From: Gelidibacter sp.
Lineage (GTDB): Bacteria > Bacteroidota > Bacteroidia > Flavobacteriales > Flavobacteriaceae
Direction of reading: 5' to 3'
NCBI GenBank assembly: GCA_041391965.1
Contig: JAWKMZ010000003.1
Span: forward strand, 68,102 to 132,101
DNA length: 64,000 nucleotides
Within the stretch, counting starts at the first letter, position 1; each line of letters opens with the position of its first letter. The position numbers were made by a program, and so were the translations under genes. This document shows, piece by piece, positions 1 to 9,400 of this stretch. The notes below the pieces were generated by a model. It searched no databases. It saw only the letters and a program-made list of their open reading frames with translations, and was not told the origin of the DNA.

Positions 1-368
1 GAGAGTTGCGTTTTGTTGTAAGGTCTTCCTAAAAGTTCATTAATGGCAAACACGCTTCCCGAAGCACTTGCCGAACTGCTACCAATACCACTTCCTGGTT
101 TGATGTGTTTATAGATTTCAATCTCAAAGCCACAATTGGGTTGCGCATTTGCTATCAAAGCCAAAGCCGAAACACCAGCAACATTTTTTTCAGTTTCAAA
201 AGGCAAATTAAACCCTTCAATTTTGCTAATATAAATACCTTTCTTATCTGTTTTTCTAATGACCATTTCGTCACCAATGTTATCAAGACAAAACCCAAGG
301 ACGTCAAAGCCACAAGTCACATTAGCAACCGTTGCAGGTGAAAATATTTTTATTTCATTTTTTACCAC
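1..368 (-). CDS. thrB: Homoserine kinase, N-terminal ~122 aa (gene runs off the left edge)
   Basis: Not in the ORF track (no ATG, open at window edge). My minus-strand translation from 368 reads VVKNEIKIFSPATVANVTCGFDVLGFCLDNIGDEMVIRK...YKHIKPGSGIGSSSASASGSVFAINELLGRPY. This carries the N-terminal SPATxANxxCGFDxLG block and the GHMP-kinase PGSGxGSSxAS motif. It lies 35 nt downstream of thrA on the same strand. Start codon uncertain (GTG at 368-366; no in-frame ATG). Confidence 0.8.
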   Translation of the reverse strand, partial: MVKNEIKIFSPATVANVTCGFDVLGFCLDNIGDEMVIRKTDKKGIYISKIEGFNLPFETEKNVAGVSALALIANAQPNCGFEIEIYKHIKPGSGIGSSSASASGSVFAINELLGRPYNKTQL

Positions 369-402
369 TAATACACTATTTTATTATGCTATACATTACA
401 AC

Positions 403-2850
403 TTATTTATTTCCAATTCTGATAATATCGGCAAACAACCCAGAAGCGGTTACATCTGCTCCAGCACCTGCACCTTTAATAATCATAGGTTGTTCAGGAT
501 AGCGCTGTGTATAAAACATCACGATATTATCTTTTCCTTTTAGGTTGTAAAACGGATGGTCTTGCGGAATTTCTCTCAAGCACACTTTGGCGTTTCCATT
601 ATTAAATTCTGCCACATATTTTAACTGACAGTTTTTTGCTTTTGCTGAAGCATATAATTTTTGAAAATGTGCTTCATCAGCAATTAAAGTGTTGTAAAAA
701 TCATCAACTGAGCAACTTTCTAAATTCGCTTTGGTCAAAAACGACTCATTTTTAATGGTTTCTAAATGGAGTTCAGTACCACTTTCACGAGCTAAAATAA
801 GGATTTTTCGAGCTACATCCACACCACTTAAATCAATTCGAGGATCAGGCTCTGTGTAGCCTTCTTTTTGAGCCTGTTTGACCACATCATGAAACCTTTT
901 GCTGTCATCAAAGTTATTGAAAACAAAATTCAAACTTCCTGATAACACCGCTTGAATACTAGTGATTTTGTCACCAGAAGCAATTAGATTATTTAAGGTG
1001 TCTATCACTGGCAAACCTGCACCAACGTTGGTTTCAAACAAAAAAGGTGCATTGTATTTTAAGGAAAGTCGTTTTAATTCTTGATAGTGGTGATAATCAC
1101 TTGAACAGGCAATTTTGTTGCAAGCAACTACAGCAATACTTTGGCGCAAATAATCAGGATACATCCTTGCAACATTCTTATTTGCAGTTATGTCTATAAA
1201 AATACTGTTACGCAAATTGAGTAATTTAATTCGGTCTAAAAACCCTTGAAGCGAAGCAGTTTCCCCTTGTTTTAAATCGTCTTTCCAATTTTTGAGTGCT
1301 AATCCGTTGTCATCAAAAATCATGGTTCTTGAATTGGACAAACCAATAACTCTAAGGTTGATTTTAAGGTTGTCTTTTAAGTATTTTCGTTGTTGTTTAA
1401 TCTGTTCTACCAAACGTTCACCAACATTTCCAACACCTGTAATAAACACATTGAGTTGTTTGATGTTGCCTTCAAAAAAGGCTTCATGTAAGGTGTTTAG
1501 GGCTTTTTTTACATCTTTTTGGGCAATAACAGTCGAAATATTTTTTTCTGAAGCACCTTGAGCAATTGCTCTAATATTGATATTGTTTTTCCCTAAGGCA
1601 CTAAACATTTTACCACTAATGCCTTGATGGTTTTTCATGTGGTCACCAACCAAGGCGACAATAGATAAATCGGTTTCTACCAATAATGGGTCAATTTTGT
1701 GTAGTGAAATTTCGTTTTCAAAAGCTGTGTCAATAGCTGTTTTTGCTTTTTGTGCATTAGTGTCATCAATGCCAAAGCAAATAGAGTGTTCGGATGAGGC
1801 CTGAGTAATCAAAATCACATTGATTTTTTCTTGAGCCAAAGTTTCAAACAATCGTTTTGAAAACCCAGGAATACCAACCATTCCGTTACCTTGAAGTGTG
1901 AGTAATGCAATATTACTGATGTTGCTAATTCCTTTGGCAATGGTTGCTGTACTGTTAGTATTTTCATTAGTGATTATGGTGCCAATCGCATCAGGCTCTA
2001 AGGTGTTTTTGATGTGAATAGGAATATTCAAATCCAAAACAGGTTGAACCGTTGGAGGATACAATACTTTAGCACCAAAATGAGACAACTCCATGGCTTC
2101 TTGGTAAGAAAGTCTTTCAATAGGATAGGCTTGCTTTACTAATTTTGGATTGGCTGTAAACATCCCACTAACGTCAGTCCATATTTCTAATTGCTCCACA
2201 TGCAAAGCTGCAGCAACGATAGCCGCTGTAAAGTCCGATCCACCGCGACCAAGTGTTGTAATGTCTCCAGATTCTGATTTTGAAATAAAACCAGGAAGGA
2301 TAGTAATGCTTTGAGTCACTTCTTTAAAATAAGTTTGAATGGCAGCATTGGTTTTTTTGTAATTGACTTCTGCTTTTGTGAAATTAGAGTTAGTGACAAT
2401 CAATTCTTGGCTGTTCTTTCTAACCGTATTTATGCCTCTGTGCTTCATGGCTTCGGCAATAATATAAGACGAAAGAAGTTCGCCAAAACTCACCAATTTA
2501 TCTGATGTTTTTGGCGAAAGCTCATTGATGAGATAAATGCCATCTAACAAACTTTTTAAAGCGTGCAATTTGCTTTCTAAATAGTCTTTTGCAGCTTCGT
2601 TTTGCGTTGGAATTAATTGAAACAATAAATCTAAATGAATTTGCTTAATTTCTTTAAAATCAGACAAATAAGATTCATTTTTACTTTGAGCTAAAGCGCC
2701 TGCTTTTAGGAGTTTATCTGTAATGCCACCAACAGCCGAAACAACACATATAATGGTGTCATTTTTGGCATAACGTTCCAAAATATGGATGACATGGTTT
2801 ATGTTTTCAACAGAACCGACAGAGGTTCCTCCAAATTTTAATACTTTCAT
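403..2850 (-). CDS. thrA: Bifunctional aspartokinase / homoserine dehydrogenase
   Basis: 823-aa ORF (403..2874). It has the N-terminal aspartokinase signature KFGGTSVG, a central ACT-like region and a C-terminal homoserine dehydrogenase half (ITGVGNVG Rossmann motif). I place the start at the second Met (MKVLKFGGTS, ATG at 2850-2848), which gives the usual N-terminus. Confidence 0.9.
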   Translation of the reverse strand: MKVLKFGGTSVGSVENINHVIHILERYAKNDTIICVVSAVGGITDKLLKAGALAQSKNESYLSDFKEIKQIHLDLLFQLIPTQNEAAKDYLESKLHALKSLLDGIYLINELSPKTSDKLVSFGELLSSYIIAEAMKHRGINTVRKNSQELIVTNSNFTKAEVNYKKTNAAIQTYFKEVTQSITILPGFISKSESGDITTLGRGGSDFTAAIVAAALHVEQLEIWTDVSGMFTANPKLVKQAYPIERLSYQEAMELSHFGAKVLYPPTVQPVLDLNIPIHIKNTLEPDAIGTIITNENTNSTATIAKGISNISNIALLTLQGNGMVGIPGFSKRLFETLAQEKINVILITQASSEHSICFGIDDTNAQKAKTAIDTAFENEISLHKIDPLLVETDLSIVALVGDHMKNHQGISGKMFSALGKNNINIRAIAQGASEKNISTVIAQKDVKKALNTLHEAFFEGNIKQLNVFITGVGNVGERLVEQIKQQRKYLKDNLKINLRVIGLSNSRTMIFDDNGLALKNWKDDLKQGETASLQGFLDRIKLLNLRNSIFIDITANKNVARMYPDYLRQSIAVVACNKIACSSDYHHYQELKRLSLKYNAPFLFETNVGAGLPVIDTLNNLIASGDKITSIQAVLSGSLNFVFNNFDDSKRFHDVVKQAQKEGYTEPDPRIDLSGVDVARKILILARESGTELHLETIKNESFLTKANLESCSVDDFYNTLIADEAHFQKLYASAKAKNCQLKYVAEFNNGNAKVCLREIPQDHPFYNLKGKDNIVMFYTQRYPEQPMIIKGAGAGADVTASGLFADIIRIGNK

Positions 2851-3144
2851 TTGTAATGGTTTGTAGGGTTGCAATAAACAATTTAATATTTAAAAATTTA
2901 TATTAAATCACAATAAAAAGGTGCTGAAGGAAAATATAGAGACTAACCCCAAAGGGTTGTAGAAAAGGTAGAAAAAGTAAAAATGCTTTCAATCAAACTG
3001 AAAGAAAAACCAAAATTATTTATTTGACTTAAGTTGTACATTTTTACTGCTTTACTTTTCAAATGTATTATTTTTACAGAAATAAAAAAATATAAAGTCT
3101 TTTTTTAGAGTAACAAACCCTTTTTTTCGTTAAAAAAACCAAAA

Positions 3145-4737
3145 ATGAAAATATTTTCAAAAGAACAAATTTATGAAGGCGATAAGCTGACCGCCAAAAA
3201 ACAGCATATTACGTCCACTGAACTTATGGAGCGTGCAGGAATCCAAATTTTTAATTGGATTCATAAACGAATGCAAGGTGCGCAAGTGCCCATTCATGTG
3301 TTTTGTGGCATTGGCAACAATGGAGGTGATGGTTTGGTTTTGGCAAGGTGCTTAATAAATTATGGCTATAACGTGCATACTTATATTGTTAATTATAGTG
3401 ATAAGCGTTCTAAAGATTTTTTAATTAATTATGACCTGATTAAACAAGCTACAAAAGAATGGCCAACACTGTTATGTAAAGACGATGATTTTCCGGTAAT
3501 AGCTCCAGAAGATATTATTGTAGATGCTGTTTTTGGTATTGGATTGAATAGGCCAACCGATTTATGGGTTAAAAACTTGTTTCAACATTTTAAAACATCA
3601 AAAGCGTTTACCCTTTCTATTGATATTCCTTCAGGTTTAGAAACAGATAAAGTGCCTAAAGATGAAAATGATGTGGTTTGGGCTGCCTATACATTGAGCT
3701 TCCAATCGCCTAAATTGGTGTTTTTTTTACCAGAAACCGCTAAATATACTGTGCAATGGGAAATCTTAGATATTGGTATTGACCCTGAATTTTTGTACAC
3801 CACACCAACAGATGTGGAGCTTGTTGGCAAATTTGAAATGCTACCAGCTTACAAACCAAGAGATAAGTTTGCTCATAAAGGACTATTTGGACATAGTTTG
3901 ATTATTGGAGGTAGTTATGGTAAAATTGGCGCTGCAATTTTGGCAAGTAAAGCTGCTTTAACTTCAGGTGCTGGCTTGGTAAGTGCTTATGTTCCAAAAT
4001 GTGGCTATATACCTTTGCAAAGCAGTTTTCCAGAATGTATGGTTATAACAGATGTTGAAGAAGAATTTATTTCAAAAATTAATTTTGATTTGGAGCCATC
4101 AGCTATTGGCATAGGTATCGGACTTGGAACACAAGATAAAACGATTACCGCTTTTGAAACTTTTTTAAAAACCAATAAAACACCTTTAGTTATTGATGCT
4201 GATGGTATTAATATCTTATCAAAAAAGAAAACCTTATTAAAATTAGTACCACCACAAACCATCTTGACACCACATTCAAAAGAGTTGGAGCGTTTGATAG
4301 GGAAGTGGACGGACGATTTTGACAAACTAAAAAAAGTAAAAGCCTTTTCTAAAAAACACCAATTTATTGTTGTTTTAAAGGGCGCTAATACTATCACTGT
4401 TTTTGAAAACAATCTGTATGTTAATGCCACAGGAAATCCTGGGCTTGCCACTGCTGGTACAGGTGATGTGTTGACAGGAATAATTACAGGATTTTTATCT
4501 CAAGGTTATGAGCCTTTAATTGCAACTTTATTTGCAGTGTATTTGCATGGAAAGGCGGCTGATATTGCAGTTGAAGATTTTGGTTACCAAAGCTTATTGG
4601 CAAGTCATGTTATTGAGTATTTGGGCGAAGCTTATATAGATTTATTCAAACAACCAGAGTTGCCAAAGCAAGAAGAAGATGATAATGACGATGATGCTAA
4701 CGAACAAGACGTTACAGAAAACAAAGAAGCCACTTAA
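3145..4737 (+). CDS. nnr: Bifunctional NAD(P)H-hydrate repair enzyme (NAD(P)HX epimerase / ADP-dependent dehydratase)
   Basis: 530 aa. YjeF_N motif GIGNNGGDGLV in the N-terminal half; carbohydrate-kinase/dehydratase motif GTGDVLTGII in the C-terminal half. Ends in an acidic tail (QEEDDNDDDANEQD). Confidence 0.85.
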   Translation: MKIFSKEQIYEGDKLTAKKQHITSTELMERAGIQIFNWIHKRMQGAQVPIHVFCGIGNNGGDGLVLARCLINYGYNVHTYIVNYSDKRSKDFLINYDLIKQATKEWPTLLCKDDDFPVIAPEDIIVDAVFGIGLNRPTDLWVKNLFQHFKTSKAFTLSIDIPSGLETDKVPKDENDVVWAAYTLSFQSPKLVFFLPETAKYTVQWEILDIGIDPEFLYTTPTDVELVGKFEMLPAYKPRDKFAHKGLFGHSLIIGGSYGKIGAAILASKAALTSGAGLVSAYVPKCGYIPLQSSFPECMVITDVEEEFISKINFDLEPSAIGIGIGLGTQDKTITAFETFLKTNKTPLVIDADGINILSKKKTLLKLVPPQTILTPHSKELERLIGKWTDDFDKLKKVKAFSKKHQFIVVLKGANTITVFENNLYVNATGNPGLATAGTGDVLTGIITGFLSQGYEPLIATLFAVYLHGKAADIAVEDFGYQSLLASHVIEYLGEAYIDLFKQPELPKQEEDDNDDDANEQDVTENKEAT

Positions 4738-4749
4738 AAAGTGGCTTCT
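4725..4749. terminator. Hairpin between convergent nnr and thioredoxin-like genes (bidirectional terminator)
   Basis: agaagccac-ttaaaaa-gtggcttct: 9-bp perfect stem, 7-nt loop containing the nnr stop codon. T/A-rich flanks on both strands. Confidence 0.6.
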
Positions 4750-4771
4750 TAAAATTAGTTGCTATGTCTTA

Positions 4772-5806
4772 TTATATTTTTAACTCATTAAACAATTCAA
4801 TAAGTTTATCACTTGATGGTCTTGGAGCATCAGCACTCACAATATTTCCATCAGGATCTAACAAAATAAATCTCGGAATTCCGTTGATTTTATAATTTTT
4901 AACAAAATCTGAATTCCAGTTATTATCTGAAAGTAGTTGGATACCACCTAATTCTTTATCAGCAATCATAGCTTTCCATTTTTCTTTGGCAACGTCCATA
5001 CTTCCACCACCAGTACGTCTTTCATCATCAACAGAAATACTTACAAACTGAATATTTTTGCCTTCATAAGCTTCTTCAACCTTTTTTAAATAAGGAATTT
5101 CGGCTTTACATGGTCCACACCAAGTAGCCCAAACATCAATATAAACATATTTGCCTTTTAAGTCAGCCAATGATGTAGTGCCACCTTTATAATTTTCGTA
5201 ATTTTCAAAAATTGGTGATGGTGTGCCTTTAGGAAAAGCTTCTCTTAATGCAATAGCACCTGCAAAATAGTTTTTATACATATGGAGCATAGGTTCTAAA
5301 TCTTTCGTTGCATTTTGCATTAGTAAACTGTCAATTCCAGTTTTAGACGTGTAAAACTCGTTAAGCTGTGTTTTGATGTGATCCATTTCAGAATTTAGTC
5401 CATCAGATGTTAAGCTGCTCAATTTGTCTTGATCTAACAATTTTTCTTCCAATAAAGCCTTCTCTGCAAGAAAATTGTTGTCTTCGGCACCAATACCAGA
5501 AAATTTTATGCTTTCATCAAATTGTTTGGCATCCATATTTAAATTGATGTCAAAACCGTTTTTCAAAAATACTGAGGTTGATTCTGTACCATCATAAAGG
5601 TTATAAACTCCTGGTTCTACTTTTAATGTGTCTTTAAATGTTCCATCATTATTCACATGAATCGTTTTAGAAAAAGTACGAGTTCTTAAAACGATAGAGT
5701 CACTATTTTTATTAATAATTTTCCCTGAAAAAGTCACATAATTTTTAGGTTCTTGCTTGCATGCAACAATTGAAATTGCGCATAATAATAAAAGTAATTG
5801 TTTCAT
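4772..5806 (-). CDS. TlpA-like thiol:disulfide oxidoreductase (thioredoxin fold) lipoprotein
   Basis: C-terminal thioredoxin domain with VWATWCGPCKAEIP (CxxC) motif. Start moved to MKQLLLLLCAISIVAC (ATG 5806), which gives a signal peptide with a lipobox Cys; the ORF-track start at 5848 adds 14 aa before it. Confidence 0.8.
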   Translation of the reverse strand: MKQLLLLLCAISIVACKQEPKNYVTFSGKIINKNSDSIVLRTRTFSKTIHVNNDGTFKDTLKVEPGVYNLYDGTESTSVFLKNGFDINLNMDAKQFDESIKFSGIGAEDNNFLAEKALLEEKLLDQDKLSSLTSDGLNSEMDHIKTQLNEFYTSKTGIDSLLMQNATKDLEPMLHMYKNYFAGAIALREAFPKGTPSPIFENYENYKGGTTSLADLKGKYVYIDVWATWCGPCKAEIPYLKKVEEAYEGKNIQFVSISVDDERRTGGGSMDVAKEKWKAMIADKELGGIQLLSDNNWNSDFVKNYKINGIPRFILLDPDGNIVSADAPRPSSDKLIELFNELKI

Positions 5807-6472
5807 TGTATATTTTTTAGTTATCCAAAAATAAGAGTTTGAAATCATATTTTAGTATTTAAAATAAATTTTATTTTATTATTAACAGTACAGCTATAAA
5901 ATTTGTATATAACAATGCTAAATACTTATCAAATAATTGATTTATTGTGTATTAAAACCCTTTTTTTAGTGTCAAAAAATTAATTATAAGGATAAAAATT
6001 GATTAAAATTTGTAAAATAAGCAAACAAATCATTTACATTTTATCGATGAATTTTGCATAGAAAAAGAATAGCTTTTCGATTAAAAGCAAAAAAAATTGA
6101 TTAACTGTTTAATATAAAAAAAAATGTTAAATTTATTTGGCAGTCAGTATTTTAAAATATACTTTTGAAAGTAAGTAGATGAAATTTAGTTTTATTTACT
6201 CGGTATAAATAATACTTTTTTTGAAAGTAGTTTTACACCTCTTACCAAAAAAATTGTTTGATAGCACAACAATTGATTATTAGCACATTTATTATTTTTT
6301 GAATAGTATATCTATTTGAAGCAAGAGTTGGTTTGTTTGACTTTGCAGTTTAACACATCAATAACGTTTGGCCCCAAACCTACGTACTCATAAGCGACCA
6401 CTTTTGTAAGGTATTGGCAATTTTATTGCCATCAATAAATGTTAAGATAATTTTAATTTAAAACCAAATGTT

Positions 6473-9400
6473 ATGTTTATGAGCAATTTTACCCGAAGTG
6501 GTGGACGCGCCAATTTTTGGCAAGCCACCAGTAATTTATCGTGTTGTAGCATTGATTCTTTTACAAAACAACTTAAAGGCATAAAGGCATTCGCTTTTTT
6601 AGCCCTTTTCTTGTTTAGTATAAGTTCGGTGCTCGGACAGTCAACAGAAAGAACGTCTTTCTATAATTTATGTATTAACAATGTGCCATCTGGTCCTTCT
6701 GAAGCAGATGTTGCAGCTATGTTTGCAAGTCAGTGTCCTAATGATGACGCTTACGTTGTAAAATCATCAGTTTTATCTGGTGATAACTGTGATTGGCAAG
6801 TTATATATACATATGATGTTAAATGCGGCGAGTTTGAGACTCAAATTAAGATTTTAATGATTGGTGGCGATAGAACTGCACCAACATTAAATTCAGGAGC
6901 ACAAATTCCAGAAAATCAAGAAAATCTGAATTTGTGTTTCAGTGCAATTCCTGAAGGACCATCAGAGGCTGATATTGCCGCATTGTACTCTGACAACTGT
7001 ACCAGTGTTAATGTGACTAAAACAGGAACACCATCTGGAACAGATTGTGAATGGAGTGTAACTTACACATATACTATTGTGGATGATTGTGGAAATGCAG
7101 CTCCAAATGTTGAAATCACTTATAGTGGTGGTGATACAAAAGCACCTAAGCTTAAAAAAGGCTCCACAATTCCTCAAGGAGATTTGAATGTAAACGCATG
7201 TTTCTTAAACAAATCTCAAGGACCAACTGAAGCTGAAATTGCTGCTTTATATCAAGATAACTGCAGCAGTGAAATTACAGTTGTAAAAACATCATACTCT
7301 AAAGGTACTGATTGTAAATGGTTAGCAATTTATGATTATACTATTAGTGATGCTTGTGGTAATTTTGCACCACCAATAAAAATAACATACCAAGGTAGAG
7401 ATATGGACGCTCCAACACTTAATGGAGTTCCACAAGATATTACAGTAAATTGTATTGATGAAATTCCAAATCCTAAAAAAGTTTCTGCGACAGATAATTG
7501 TGCTCAAAACTTAGGCAAAGTTAGCTATAGTCAAGATTCTAGTAATTTAGGGTTAGCCTGTGCAGGTGGAACTGTTGTTAGAACTTGGACAATTTCTGAC
7601 CCTTGTGGTAATACAACTACTGCTTCTCAAACCATTACAGTATTGCCTGCTCCAGAAGCTGAATTTAGTACACCTCAAGATTATACAATTAGTTGTGATG
7701 AAGTGCCAAACTTTCAGCCAATACCTTTACACTATAGTAATGGAATAGAAGCTGGTGCTTGTGCAATTAATGGTGATGCACAAGGAACTTATGAGCCATT
7801 TGCAGGTTCTTGTGGTTCTTTTGTTGTTAATTATACATTTTCTGATGCTTGTGAACGCACAATTAATGCAAGTTTAACTGTAACAGTAGTTGATAATACA
7901 CCTCCTGTTGTGACACCTGCTCAAGATATGACTGTTCAATGTGATGGTCAAGGAAATGTAGATGCTTTAGCAGCATGGTTAGCTTCTAATGGTGGTGCTA
8001 CAGGTACAGATACCTGTTCAGATGTGACTTGGACCAATAACTTTACAGCCTTGTCTGATGATTGTGGTGCTACAGGTTCAGCAACCGTTGAGTTTACAGC
8101 GCATGATGCTTGTGGTAATACAGAAAAAACATCTGCAACATTTACAATTGTAGATACTGAAAACCCTTCTATTGATGAAGTTGCACATGATATGACTGTT
8201 GAATGTGATGGCCAAGGAAATGCAGATGCTTTAGCAGCATGGTTGGCTTCTAATGGTGGTGCCGAAGCTTCTGATAATTGTTCGGGAGTGACTTGGTCTA
8301 ACAATTTCCAAGCATTATCTGATGGTTGTGGAGCAACGGGTTCTGCAACAGTCGTATTTTTAGCTACAGATGCTTGTGGTAACAGTTCCAAAACAATAGC
8401 AACTTTTACCATTGAAGATACCACTGCTCCAGATGTTGTTCCTGCCCAAGATATGACTGTAGACTGTGATGGCCAAGGAAATACAGAGGCTTTAGCAGCT
8501 TGGTTAGCATCTAATGGTGGCGCAACTGCTACTGATGCATGTTCTGATGTTACTTGGTCAAATAATTTTGATGGTTTATCAGATGGTTGCGGTGCAACTG
8601 GCTCTGCAACTGTTGAATTTACTGCAACAGATGCTTGTGGTAATGATACAAAAACATCGGCTACTTTTACAATTAGAGACATTAACAGTCCGCCTATTAC
8701 ATTAGCAGCTCAAGATATGACTGTAGAATGTGATGGTCAAGGAAATACAGAAGCTTTAGCAGCTTGGTTAGCTTCTAATGGAGGTGCAAGTGCTTACGAT
8801 CTTTGTTCTGAAATTACTTGGTCTAATGACTTTGAAGCTTTATCTGATGATTGTGGCGCTACAGGATCAGCTACAGTAATGTTTACGGTGTCTGATGAAT
8901 GTGGAAACAGTTCTTCAACTACTGCAACCTTTACAATTGAGGACACAACACCTCCTTCTATTGAGCCAGCATCTGATATGACTGTTCAATGTGATGGTGC
9001 AGGAAACCTAAAAGATTTACAAGACTGGTTAGCTGCTAATGGTGGCGCTTCTGCTTCAGACTCTTGTTCTGAGGTTTATTGGTCGAATGACTTTACAGCT
9101 TTATCTGACGATTGTGGAGCTACAGGTTCAGCTACAGTAACATTTACTGTTGAAGATGCTTGTAAGAATATGACTAGTACTACGGCTACTTTCACTATTG
9201 TAGATACTATTAACCCTTCTATTGATTTAGAAGCTCAAAATATGACTGTAGAATGTGATGGTCAAGGAAATGCAGACGCTTTAGCAGCTTGGTTAGCTTC
9301 TAATGGTGGTGCAGCTGCCTCTGATGGATGTTCAGGTGTAACTTGGTCTAATGACTTTACAGCATTATCTGATGATTGTGGTGCAACAGGCTCAGCCTTA

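Noticed and set aside
105-543. Plus-strand ORFs 105..341 and 259..543
   Set aside because: They are antisense to the well-supported thrB and thrA coding sequences, and their products are low-complexity.
4005-4451. Antisense ORFs of 60-170 aa inside well-supported genes (e.g. 4005..4451 in nnr, 55299..55817 in mlaD, 55962..56318 and 57515..57823 in the Fe-S genes, 47439..47789 in pfkA, 31595..32035, 42834..43190, 63481..63726 in bshA)
   Set aside because: Each is fully contained in a gene with clear family motifs on the other strand. None shows motifs, signal peptides or plausible start contexts.
6116-6124. A9 homopolymer upstream of the giant gene as a slipped-strand phase-variation switch
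   Set aside because: It is ~350 nt from the start codon in a generally A-rich spacer and is not placed between recognisable -33/-7 promoter elements. It is mentioned within the upstream-region finding but not claimed as a switch.
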